The position numbers and the translations under genes were made by a program. Positions 49,103 to 62,392 of a stretch of DNA of 64,000 nt are shown one piece after another. Under the pieces are notes generated by a model. It ran no database searches and had not been told where the DNA came from. It worked only from the letters and a program-made list of their open reading frames with translations. The DNA comes from Pecten maximus (Eukaryota), in the NCBI RefSeq assembly GCF_902652985.1, contig NC_047018.1, forward strand, positions 11,904,001-11,968,000, read 5' to 3'. Position 1 is the first letter of the stretch. Every line of letters begins with the position of its first letter.

Positions 49103-50704
49103 GAAAATATTACAACATATTTTTATAGTAATTTTCTGAAAATATGGTTTTTGCCAGAGACCTGTATATAGGTCTCTGTGTTTGCCAACCATTTAAGTGA
49201 AATCCATATTGACCCTGTCGAACTTTAGTTGAATTTGTCCAAATTACTTTTAAGGAAGACAGGTTGTTTTAACATAGGACGGGTGGCAGTGTATTCTACT
49301 TTTTGATGACAATAACTTTGATCTTTGACTGGTATTGCAATTGTTTTGTATCAATTATCAAAGGAATGTTTGAAGCAAACATACCCGTGATGTTTCCCCG
49401 AAATCAGTAGGAAATGAGCCCGGTGACAAGGAGTGTGACAGACGGACGAACAGGACATGATACGTCAAGTGTTCAATTGGGGAAAAGTGAAGCCACCTAA
49501 TCCCTCAAACAGACCGGTGGTAGGATCAAATACGATGTCGTACTGAAACCATCAACCAATCAGAGCTGCTGAAATTTGTTCGGCGTAATGTACAGAAAGC
49601 ATAACATATTTACTCAAAATGCATGAAATAAAAATTATATAAAATCGTATATGTAATATATATTAAACAGTAGTAACACAATTAAATTTAGGAGTTCTCA
49701 ACACAGATACATCGTCGTTAATGTTCGGTTATGATTTCACAAACACTGACGAAACATATTACAGGGAAGGTGACAGGAAGAAGGCCGTGGTGTACAATTA
49801 GCATGGTTATTACATTACTGACTGAGAAGAACTTGATCTGCACGAAAAGGAACAAAACGAATATTGTCACGATGTTAATACTATTATAACAATGATAATA
49901 GCTAAAAGCTTATTGGCTTGGTCAATTGATACTGGTAAGCACACTTTGCGCAAAAATATCTGTATGACTAAATATATTTATAATACAAGTCAACAAAACA
50001 TTATTAAATGTAAACTTAACTGAGCTTTAAAGTGAAGTGATATCAACGGTTATGTATGGCTAATCAAACATTACATTGTCAAAGTTGGATTTCACACCTC
50101 ATAGGAACTTTGTGTCAGTCTATCACGTTAATCATTTTCCTTATTAACTTTCAGTGCAGTACGTTAAATCCCGATACTTCGAAAAATATAATACTCGTGA
50201 TTTCTAGGGCCACAATCTTCTTCCTAAATTTAACTTACAGTACATTTCAGTTCCCGTGTTGATATTTTAATTATCTGATGGTCTTAGTTTTTACTTTCAC
50301 TGACGAAAACATGATACAAATTGTTGAATGAAATCATGTAACATGTACATGTATCATACAACCAACACCAGGATAACGACCCAACATCCAAGCCATCAAG
50401 TCGTCGCGATGTCACGATGGAGCGCCATTTCTCTCCTGGATTGGTATGGTGTCTGGGCCGTATATAGCGTTACAATGACAGCTAGACAATCGGACAATGA
50501 TAGACCGGGGCTTAACTGGTCAGTTTCCGGGACGAACGCACCGCTTTATTTCATTCCACGCTAGTCTCTGGCAGTTTGATGGCCACACGTGGAGCACATT
50601 TGGCGTCCTGTGGCATTCGATTTTTTCAGATAACTCAATATCAGGTATTTTATGAATGTGGAAACATATAAAAATATTTAACAGTTTGGAACAGATGTGA
50701 ACCA

Positions 50705-53700
50705 TCAACTTAGTAATCCACTCCCAGTACAACAAACAGCTAATAACAAAGATACCGCCAGGAGAACACTGTCTACATATAATAGCACGCCACTGGCAGA
50801 ACATATGCAGCCTGACTTGTTCATCAGAGGTAGAAATGTGTTCCAGAACGCCATCTTTCTCGGCTTGAAGTTTGGGTGGGCCTGTATGTTCAGTTCCTCC
50901 TCGTCCAGGAGGAGGCGATTGATTGAACGAGTGGATGTGTTGTAGATCAGATACGGGGTTTCTCCGTCCAAGGTCAGGAATCTAAAACACAAAATGAAAT
51001 GGTACATTAGGGAACTATAATTAAGTTTGTATGGCTATAACATCCTCGGGTCATCAAATGATAAATACAGCAATTGTACGTAACACAAATATTCAATCCC
51101 TTGCTGTCTTGAGAAGAAATATCATGCAGCGTATTGATATACTGAATAAAGATATGACCAAGGGCTTTTAATATTCAACAAGATATATGAAGTACATTCG
51201 TTTTTTTCTTCGAAGCAAACTAGAAATAAGTTCTGCCACGGCAGTATATACATCCATGAATGTTTAGATAATCCAACACGTAGGATAGAGACTATATTTA
51301 TTCGTCCAATATCCTCATATGCTAGCAGTCATTACAGTAAAATATAAATATCCTGTCATAGTGTACTAAGTTAAGGGGATCATGGGGAGAAGACTAAATC
51401 ACTGTAATGACCCCAACACATAGACCAACAAGCTAACATTCTTATATACTAGTCTCAGTAATAGCATTACAAAATGTCAGTAACTGAATCTACTCCAGAC
51501 CCCGTTAACAGTGATACGGCAGATACATGGTACCTTTGACCAATAATTCGCAACCACAGTTTCGAACTTATTTCTCTCTCATTACTTTGACATGTTGCTA
51601 TTTTCCGTGCTACACAGTGACGCCTACATGATATTGATCACCTTTGAGAGAAGGGCCTTATCTTAATATTGAAATAAGTGTATATCCTTGGCTGACATAA
51701 TTTCATATTGAAATAATCATACAAAACACGGCAGTTTTGAATAGTTATGTCTCCTTTTGCCTTTTTTGACGCGTTAACATCTTTTACATGTACATGGATA
51801 AACACAGACACACGTACTTTATATCGAATTACGTTATAATTCCTTCAGACGTATTTCCTTCACAAATGTTTAACGAATATACATTTCATCAGCTTCGGAC
51901 CTAGTAATGTTGTATACCAAATGAGGTTTAAGATTTCGCATCAGTATTTAAAGATTATGCCACCATAATCATTGCAGCTCTTCTCACCTCGGGCCGTAGT
52001 CTTTATCTATATAACACTGTTTCCTTTCAGCTCAAGGATGCTTCACATCAAATTAGATTAAATGACATCAGTCTAGCAAGACTTTGTGGTATGTGAGCTA
52101 AAATGAGGTAATTTAAATCTAAATACGCAGAGAAGGATTTGTTTGTTGAGGCTTTTATGTCCTCGCCAGGGTCATATGTGCGCGGGAAGCAGAGAAGGGA
52201 ATTATGCTTTTGTACCTAGATATGCGAACATTACAACAACGATCTCATATCATGATTTAAAACAAATTTAGCACTATTTCAAAATTGAAAAACGTATCTA
52301 CATGGTAATGTTATCACGTTTTCTAAATAACATTACACTTTATGATAATTTCGGATTATAGGGAAAATTAATTTTATCATTTACAGTAAAAAATTATTAA
52401 TAAGAAGAAAATGACTACGTAAAGTTGAGCATGTAGTGATATAGAATAGATGACTGAAAAAAAATTATGTTTAATGAATTATGCCGCCAAAACTATACAA
52501 AATGCTTTCAAGATAAATACTACTTAGTGGTTATTTTCACATGAGGAAGAACTGAGGACATATTTCAAATGTCGATGGTATAGCGAAGGAAAAGTGTATC
52601 AAGTTGATTTGTTCAATAACTGTTGGCGGATTTGTTTTGGTGTAAATTGTCAGAGGTAAATTTCCACCCTCGATCAATGTTTGGACTGTACATTGTCAAA
52701 GGTGGAATTCGGTCCCGGATCAATGTTTGGACTGTACATGGTCAAAGGAGGAATTTCGCCCTCGATCAATGTTTGGATTGTGATAGGTTGAATTCAGTCC
52801 CGGATCAATGTTTGGACTAAAAATTGTGAGAGGTGGAATTCCATCCTAGATCAATGTTTGGACTGTGAATTGTGAGATATGGAATTTCGCCCTAGATGTG
52901 AGAGGTCGAATTCCATTCTGGATCGATCTTGAGGCTGTAAATTGTAAATTTTGGACATAGGTACAATAGTAGGACAAAGGTACGGACAATAGGAGGGCAT
53001 AGATACGGACAATAGGAGGACATAGGTACGGACAATAGGAGGGCATAGGTACGGACAATAGGAGGGCATAGGTACGGACAATAGGAGGGCATAGGTACGG
53101 CCAATAGGAAGGCATAGGTACGGACAATAGGAGGGCATAGGTACGGACAATCGGAGGGCATAGGTACGGACAATAGGAGGGCATAGGTACGGCCAATAGG
53201 AAGGCATAGGTACGGACAATAGGAGGGCGTAGGTACGGACAATAGGAGGGCATAGGTACGGCCAATAGGAAGGCATAGGTACGGACAATAGGAGGGCATA
53301 GGTACGGACAATAGGAGGGCATAGGTACGGACAATAGGAGGGCGTAGGTACAGACAATAGGAGGACATAGGTATGGACAATAAGAGGGCATAGGTACGGG
53401 CAATAGGAGGGCGTAGGTACGGACAATAGGAGGGCGTAGGTACGGACAATAGGAGGGCATAGGTACGGGCAATAGGAGGGCATAGGTACGGGCAATAGGA
53501 GGACATAGGTACGGACAATAGGAGGACATAGGTACGGACAATAGGAGGGCATAGGTACGGGCAATAGGAGGGCATAGGTACGGACAATAGGAGGACATAG
53601 GTACGGACAATAGGGCATAGGTACGGACAATAGGAGGACATAGGTACGGACAATAGGAGGGCATAGATACGGACGATAGGAGGACATAGGTCCGGACAAT

Positions 53701-56700
53701 AAGAGGACAAAGGTACGGGCAGTAGGAGGGCGTAGGTACGGGCAATAGGAGGACATAGGTACGGACAATAGGAGGACATAGGTCCGGAGAAAAAGAGGAC
53801 AAAGGTACGGGCAGTAGGAGGGCGTAGGTACGGACAAAAGGACATAGGTACGGACAATAGGAGGGCATAGGTACGGACGATAGGAGGGCATAGGTACGGG
53901 CAATAGGGCATAGGTACGGACAATGGGGAGGGGACATTGGTACAGATAATAGGGAGGGGACATTGGTACAGATAATAGGGAGGGGACATTGGTACAGATA
54001 AAAGGGAGGAGACATTGGTACAGATAATAGGGAGGAGACATTTGTACGGATAATAGGGAGGGGACATTGGTACAGATAATAGGGAGGGGACATTGGTACA
54101 GATAATAGGGAGGGGACATTGTTACAGATAATAGGGAGGGGACATTGGTACAGATAATAGGGAGGGGACATTGGTACAGATAATAGGGAGGAGACATTTG
54201 TACGGATAATAGGGAGGAGACATTGGTACAGACAATAGGGAGAGGACATTGGTACAGATAATAGGGAGGAGACATTGGTACAGATAATAGGGAGGAGACA
54301 TTGGTACAGATAATAGGGAGGGGACATTGGTACGGATAATAGGGAGGGGACATTGGTACAGATAATAGGGAGGAGACATTTGTACGGATAATAGGGAGGA
54401 GACATTGGTACAGATAATAGGGAGGAGACATTGGTACAGATAATAGGGAGGAGACATTGGTACAGACAATAGGGAGGGGACATTGGTACAGACAATAGGG
54501 AGGGGACATTGGTACAGACAATAGGGAGAGGACATTGGTACGGATAATAGGGAGGGGACATTGGTACGGATAATAGGGAGGAGACATTGGTACTGACAAT
54601 AGGGAGAGGACATTGGTACTGACAATAGGGAGAGGACATTGGTACAGATAATAGGGAGGGGACATTGGTACAGATAATAGGGAGGAGACATTGGTACGGA
54701 TAATAGTGAGGAGACATTGGTACGGATAATAGGGAGGGGACATTGGTACGGATAATAGGGAGGAGACATTGGTACTGACAATAGGGAGAGGACATTGGTA
54801 CTGACAATAGGGAGAGGACATTGGTACTGACAATAGGGAGAGGACATTGGTACAGATAATAGGGAGGGGACATTGGTACAGATAATAGGGAGGGGACATT
54901 GGTACGGATAATAGGGAGGGGACATTGGTACGGATAATAGGGAGGGGACATTGGTACAGATAATAGGGAGGAGACATTTGTACGGATAATAGGGAGGGAA
55001 CATTGGTACGGATAATAGGGAGGGGACATTGGTACAGATAATAGGGAGGAGACATTTGTACGGATAATAGGGAGGGGACATTGGTACGGATAATAGGGAG
55101 GGGACATTGGTACAGATAATAGGGAGGGAACATTGGTACGGATAATAGGGAGGGGACATTGGTACAGATAATAGGGAGGGGACATTGGTACAGATAATAG
55201 GGAGGGGACATTGGTACAGATAATAGGGAGGGGACATTGGTACAGATAATAGGGAGGGGACATTGGTACGGATAATAGGGAGGAGACATTGGTACGGATA
55301 ATAGGGAGGAGACATTGGTACGGATAATAGGGAGGAGACATTTGTACGGATAATAGGGAGGGGACATTGGTACAGATAATAGGGAGGGGACATTGTTACA
55401 GATAATAGGGAGGGGACATTGGTACAGATAATAGGGAGGAGACATTTGTACGGATAATAGGGAGGGGACATTGGTACGGATAATAGGGAGGAGACATTGG
55501 TACGGATAATAGGGAGGAGACATTTGTACGGATAATAGGGAGGGGACATTGGTACAGATAATAGGGAGGGGACATTGGTACGGATAATAGGGAGGGGACA
55601 TTGGTACGGATAAAAGGGAGGGGACATTGGTACAGATAATAGGGAGGGGACATTGGTACGGATAATAGGGAGGAGACATTTGTACGGATAATAGGGAGGG
55701 GACATTGGTACAGACAATAGGGAGGAGACATTTGTACGGATAATAGGGAGGGGACATTGGTACAGACAATAGGGAGGAGACATTGGTACAGATAATAGGG
55801 AGGGGACATTGGTACAGATAATAGACAGGAGACATTTGTACGGATAATAGGGAGGGGACATTGGTACAGACAATAGGGAGGAGATATTTGTACGGATAAT
55901 AGGGAGGGGACATTGGTACAGATAATAGGGAGGGGACATTGGTACAGATAATAGGGAGGGGACATTGGTACGGATAATAGGGAGGGGACATTGGTACAGA
56001 TAATAGGGATGGGACATTGGTACAGATAATAGGGAGGAGACATTGGTACGGATAATAGGGAGGGGACATTGGTACGGATAATAGGGAGGGGACATTGGTA
56101 CGGATAATAGGGAGGGGACATTGGTACAGATAATAGGGATGGGACATTGGTACAGATAATAGGGAGGAGACATTGGTACAGATAATAGACAGGAGACATT
56201 TGTACGGATAATAGGGAGGGGACATTGGTACAGACAATAGGGAGGAGATATTTGTACGGATAATAGGGAGGGGACATTGGTACAGATAATAGGGAGGGGA
56301 CATTGGTACAGATAATAGGGAGGGAACATTGGTACGGATAATAGGGAGGAGATATTTGTACGGATAATAGGGAGGGGACATTGGTACAGATAATAGGGAG
56401 GGGACATTGGTACAGATAATAGGGAGGAGACATTGGTACAGATAATAGACAGGAGACATTTGTACGGATAATAGGGAGGGGACATTGGTACAGACAATAG
56501 GGAGGGGACATTGGTACAGACAATAGGGAGGGGACATTGGTACTGACAATAGGGAGGGGACATTGGTACAGACAATACTCTTACTATCAAAAGTGGTAAC
56601 TTTAAAATGTAGAAAAGTTTATATATCCAAATGATTCATTCCTACCCATGTTTTACGAAGTTGCTCCATAGTGTCATCACGGTTCGACTGGCCTCTTTGT

Positions 56701-57083
56701 CCGTCTCGCTGTAAGTGTAAAGGGGATGTCCAACCAAAGGGGCTCCGAATATGTAAAACAAATCTCGGCCGTGCGGAACACCTGGAAAAAGATATGAATA
56801 CAACCGAAATGATTATTTTTGATCGAATGGTCAATGCCTGATGAACAAAAGGAAAGCATCAAAACTATTCTCTGGTACATATATAATGAGGTATGTACAT
56901 AATTATAAATCATATTGAAAATAAACACAATTATTCATCATTTAATTTCATACCCTTCCATTTTGGCCCTGGTGCTAGATGCGATGTGTGCTCAAATCGA
57001 AATAGAAACAAGCGTCTGGTCCATTCAGCCATCATGTTAGCCATGTTGATCATCGGGGCAACGAATACCAGGTCGCTCTCCAT
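50705..57083 (-). CDS. Type-B carboxylesterase/cholinesterase/neuroligin-family protein, last three exons (upstream exons not found in window)
   Basis: Exons 57083-56954 (MESDLVFVAP...LFLFRFEH...PKWK), 56781-56646 (GVPHGRDLFYIFGAP...VMTLWSNFVKHG, includes the catalytic-His position), 50981-50705 (...FKPRKMAFWNTFLP... hydrophobic C-terminus). Phases 1 and 2 are consistent. Confidence 0.85.
52957..56577. repeat. Compound minisatellite: 23-bp unit (52957-53925) then related 26-bp unit (53925-56577)
   Basis: CATAGGTACGGACAATAGGAGGG, then GACATTGGTACAGATAATAGGGAGGG; source of the spurious 800-1200 aa ORFs. Confidence 0.97.
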
Positions 57084-57512
57084 CTGAGGACAGTATGACA
57101 TAAACCTTACCTCAATTACTGATTATAAATAAGGTCTCCATCTGATGACAGTATGACGTAAACCTGTCCTCAATAACTGTTAATAAATAAGGTCTCCATC
57201 AGACGACAGTATGACATAAACCTGTCCTCAATTACTGTTAATAAATAAGGTCTCCATCAGACGACAGTATGACATAAACCTGTCCTCAATAACTGTTAAT
57301 AAATAAGGTCTCCATCAGACGACAGTATGACATAAACCTGTCCTCAATTACTGCTTATAAATAAGGTCTCCATCTGACGACAGTATGACATAAACCTGTC
57401 CTCAATAACTGTTAATAAATAAGGTCTCCATCAGACGACAGTATGACATAAACCTGTCCTCAATTACTGTTGATAGATAAGGTCTCCATCAGACGACAGT
57501 ATGACATAAACT
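57077..57512. repeat. ~58-bp minisatellite containing the splice acceptor of carboxylesterase exon 57083
   Basis: Minus-strand ...GTTTATGTCATACTGTC(C/A/G)TC(A/T)G|ATGGAGA, ~8 copies. Confidence 0.9.
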
Positions 57513-57524
57513 TAACCTTAATCA

Positions 57525-57636
57525 CTGATTTTAGATATCCATGTGAAGATATCATACCTATCTGATTTTAGATATCCATGTGAAGATATCATACCTATCT
57601 GATTTTAGATATCCATGTGAAGATATCATACCTATC
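57525..57636. repeat. 37-bp tandem repeat x3
   Basis: CTGATTTTAGATATCCATGTGAAGATATCATACCTAT; minus strand contains GATAG|GTATGA. Confidence 0.9.
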
Positions 57637-58200
57637 GTGACCAGCTTCTAGCCGACATTCCAGTATGTACTTTAATCAACGAATTCAATTTGGTCGTTGA
57701 AGTCATTAGAAACCCACCTATGAGTGCACGGAAACGTTTATGACTCCTAGCGTTTTCTTGTTTAGCTTCATTTTCGTCATTATATGTTGACATTCTCGTG
57801 AGTTTGTCCTAGTAACTTCATAAAATGCGATTTCAAGTTTCTAATATTGTGACCTATTTGTGAATTATTGGTTTATACGATAAATCTATCAGTGTGACGA
57901 CTGTTGAAAACTACAGTGTTATTACATGTTGTGGAAACATCTACATAATTAAACAGCATAGAGAGACTGAGTGGTCAGTGTGGATTACCACGCTATGCCA
58001 TATTGTATGTGTCCATTTACACAGCTATAATATACATCAACTCTATCAGTATTATAAGAATCTTTATGAACATCCAATTGTATACATAAATATCTGATGT
58101 ATCCACATATCAGTGTAATGTCTATGCTGAGGTAAATATTGGTATCTACACTACATCTTACAACTATAATACCCAGGGAGCTACTAGTGTTAACCTCAAG

Positions 58201-61200
58201 ATGGCATCCAACAAAGCTACTACGAATGTTGCCAAACGGAGAAGAGAGAATAGCAGTAGGGAAAGGCTAAGATGTCCCATTTGTATGAAAGAAATAGGTG
58301 AACTCGATCTGTCACTCTCCTGCAATGTATGCGAGATGTGGTTCTGTCAACAGTGCTCTGACCTTGACACCGGAGTATTGAAGGTAATCAAAGAGAATGA
58401 TAGTTTGACATGGACATGCAGAATTTTAGCAATTGAAAAAAGTCTGGATGCTATAAAACATCAAACAAGTGAGCGGTTGTCAAGCTTGAAAGCATTGATC
58501 AAGTCATTGAGTCCAGAGTCGAGTACAAGACAAATACAATCAAGGACGGTCTTCTGACTGATATTAAAAGTCAAGTAGAAGAACAAGTATTAAGCTGCTT
58601 CAAGAAATGTCAGGACCAAAAGAACCGGGAACTCAATCTGATGGTTTACAATCTACCTGAATCAGAACTAGAAGGAGGCCAGGCCAGGAATATAGAGGGC
58701 AGGAAAGAACTAGACAGAGTAACAGAACTCCTTGTAATAAGGAATCTAAGACCAAAACACATTATAAGAATTGGTAAACCAGGAGCCAACAAAACACGTC
58801 CAGTCAAACTTGTATTTGAGCAAAAAGAGGAAAGACGCCGACTTATGGAAAAGGCACCAAATATTAGAACACTGCAAGATGAACACCTGAGAAGAGTTGT
58901 AGTTGCCAGAGATTACACACCAAAGCAGAGGAAAGAAAGTAAAGATTTGCGAGATGAACTGCAAAGAAAAAGATAATGGAGATTACTGTTTTATTATAGG
59001 TGGGAATATAATCCGAGCCATTGGTCCAGTTCCCAAACCAAAAGGATGGAAATCTCCAAGCCTACCTGTAACGCCTGTGCATTCAATCACTCCATCTAGT
59101 CTAAATCAAATCAGGCCAAGAAGTACAACTGGACAGAGAACAACCAACCCAGTAAACATACCACCAAATACGCCTGCTAGTGGTCACCACAATGAAAAAA
59201 TGTCACTGGTCACACAAGGGATAGGTAGAGGATTAAGATACCAACATTCTCCAAGCAGTCTGCATATTCAAACCAACGACGTCTTCACTCAAAATACTCT
59301 ACACGACTCACATATATTCAATGACAGCGAGTTCGAAACAGAAGATACATGCGAGTCAATTGAAGGAGAAAGCGAAGAAGAACCAACACTGATATATGGA
59401 AACCAATCTGTGGTAGAGAACATGGATCGAATAGGAGAACAATAGGAAACTAGTTTTAACAGCACAGTCACTGTAGATAAAGCACACACTCACAGAGTCT
59501 TATACAGTAATGTGAATACCCTGTTAAACAAAAGGAACGAACTTTTACATGCAATTGAAGAAGCGAAACCATCAATTATATCCTTAACAGAAGTTCTTCC
59601 AAAAAACAATTCAGGTGATCTAGACCCATGTGAATTTGCCCTAGAAGGTTTTGATTTGTTTTTAAACTCCACAACGGAAGGTAGAGGAGTCTTGTTGTAC
59701 ATAAAATCAGAACTTGAGGCAACCTCATAGATATGCAATTCAATTAAATGATTTGGTGAAAAGTAAAACTAAAAAGTGCGGATAAACTCCTGATTGGCTG
59801 TATTTATAGAAGCCCCTCCAGTTCAGAAGATAACTCCAAAAGGCTACATTCTGTAATAAAAGAAGCAATCGGAAATGCAAGCCACATCATAATAATTGGC
59901 GATTTCAACTATAGGAGTATAAACTGGCAACTGGAAACAACAACAGACCCATTAAATTCACATGGCTATGGTTTCTTAGAATGCCTGAAAGACAGTTTCC
60001 TCTACCAACATGTCACTGAAAACACAATATACCGCCATGGAAATGAGCCAACACTATTTGATCTCATCATATCAAATGAGGAAGGTCTAGTTAGCAATAT
60101 TTCACACAAGCCTCCACTAGGAAAAAGTGATCATGTGGTAATTTCATTTGACCTCCAGCTGTACACTCCTAATTCAACTGAAAATCAAGAACCGAGGTAC
60201 TGTCTGTACAGGGTAACTATGACAACATGAACAGAGTACTTGCTGAGATCAATTGGGAAGCAGTACTTCACAGTAAAGGAACATGTGAATCTTGGGCTAT
60301 CTTGAAGGATAAAATTAAATAATTGATTATTACAAATATACCAGATAGTAGAGGTAAACCAAGACGAGGTACGTCCCAGTGCATGAACGGCACTACAATT
60401 GATGCTCTAAAAATGAAACGTAAATGTTGGAATAAGTACCTGAGGAACAGGAACCAAGAAACATACGAACAATACAGAGAAGCCAGAAACATCGCCACCT
60501 CGACACAAAGACAATCAAAGAAAGAATTTGAAAAAAAGATTGCCACCGACTTGAGAAAACATCCAAAAAGCTTCTGGAAGTATGTACACACCAAAACAAA
60601 ATCAAAGGTAGGAATATCTTTCTTGGAACAAACAGACGGGAACACAGCGACAGACAATAAAGAGAAAGCTGAAGTGCTGAATGAATGCTTTAGCGTCATA
60701 TTTACAGCAGAGGATCTTGATAACCTACCAACAACTCCAAATCTTGACCCAAAAGCCGCTGTCCTAGAGAATATAGAAATCGGTCCAGAAAAGGTCATCA
60801 AGAAACTAGAAAATATCAACACCACAAAATCACCGGGACCAGACGATTTACACCCTAAAGTGATCTATGAACTGAGGGCTAGTATAGGTAAGCCATTATC
60901 TATCCTTTTCAATAAGTCCATTGAAGAGGGAATTTTGCCACACGATTGGAGAGAGGCCAATGTCACTGCTATTTATAAAAAAGGGAATAAAAAACAGCCG
61001 TCCAACTACAGACCAATAAGCCCGACTAGCATTATAGTAAAGATACTTGAATCAATTATCAGAGATGAGATCATGGAATATCTTGAGACCAACAACAAAC
61101 TGTCATGCTCCCAGTATGGATTCAGAAAGGGACGATCAACAATACTCCAGTTGTTAGAAGTTCTAGACGAAATTACCAAAGTTCTGGACTCCAAAAAATG

Positions 61201-62392
61201 TATGGATATAATTTACATTGACTTCCAGAAAGCATTCGACTCAGTTCCCCATAAGCGCCTTGAATTAAACCTAAAGTCATTGGGAATAAGTGGTGCACTG
61301 TTGTCATGGATATCAGCGTTTCTTAGCAACCGTCGGTAAAGGGTCAAAGGTCAATCATCAAGCTGGACAGACGTGCGAAGCGGAGTTCCACAAGGGAGCG
61401 TACTCGGGCCGGTACTCTTTCTTATCTTCATCAACGACATTCCAAACGGTACAAGATCCACTGTCAAACTATTTGCAGATGATACGAAAGTGTACGGCCT
61501 CAGTGATTCGGAGCAAGACACAACCATCATCCAAGACGATTTAGACAAACTACAGTTGTGGTCAGACAAATGGCAGATCAAATTCAACCCCTCAAAATGT
61601 TCTAGTTTACACTTTGGCCAAAACAATAAGAAAACCAAATATAAACTGAAAGAACAGGAAATTCAAGGAAACTCTGTGGAAAAAGATCTGGGTGTTTTAT
61701 TTGATACAAAACTAAAATTCAGTGCACAAGTCGCATCCAGTGTCAAGAAAGCTAATTGCATGCTAGGCATCATCAAAAGATCATTTGAAAATTTGGATAA
61801 ATTCATGTTAACAACCCTGTTTAAATCTCTCGTAAGACCCCGACTTGAATATGCTGTCACAGTCTGGAGCCCGCAGTTAAAAAAGACATTGTAGCAATTG
61901 AGAATGTCCAAAAGAGAGCTACTAAACTGGTCAGGAATATATCTCATCTCCCTTATCCAGAAAGACTCCGTCACCTCGGGCTCCCATCACTCCAGTACAG
62001 GCGGAAAAGATACGACATGATTCAGGTATTCAGAATCCTTAATGGGATGGATGTGACTTCAGAGGATCTATTACAAATAACTGGAGAAGGCAGGACAAGA
62101 GGACACAATAAGAAATTGGCAAAACCACACACAAGGCTAAGCATCAGAAAAAAGTCATTCCCAGCCAGAGTTGTCGATGGCTGGAACAGTTTATCATCGT
62201 TAGTTGTCAATTCACCATCAATCAACTCATTTAAAAGCAACCTCAACAAGCACTGGACTAACAAGGCGATCAAGTTCCACCCATCCTGCTACGTGTACTA
62301 GTTTAACAACGACCCGCCAAAATACTCTGTATAACACCTACTACCTATACAGTCTATACATGTATATATAGATAGTGACCGTAGATACAGAT
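58201..62392 (+). mobile_element. Near full-length CR1-like LINE, degenerate, antisense within the carboxylesterase locus
   Basis: ORF1 with PHD-like CPIC...CNVCEMWFCQQC...WTC; ORF2 EN (YSNV, LTEV, GDFNY, SDH) and RT (KSPGPDDLHP, NYRPIS, DFQKAFDSVPH, SGVPQGSVLGP, FADD, EKDLGV, TRGH); multiple stops and frameshifts. Confidence 0.9.

Noticed and set aside
52846-56590. 800-1200 aa Pro/Cys/Tyr-rich ORFs (could be mistaken for shell or byssus proteins)
   Set aside because: Units of 23 and 26 bp are not multiples of 3, all three frames are open, and the array lies within a carboxylesterase intron.
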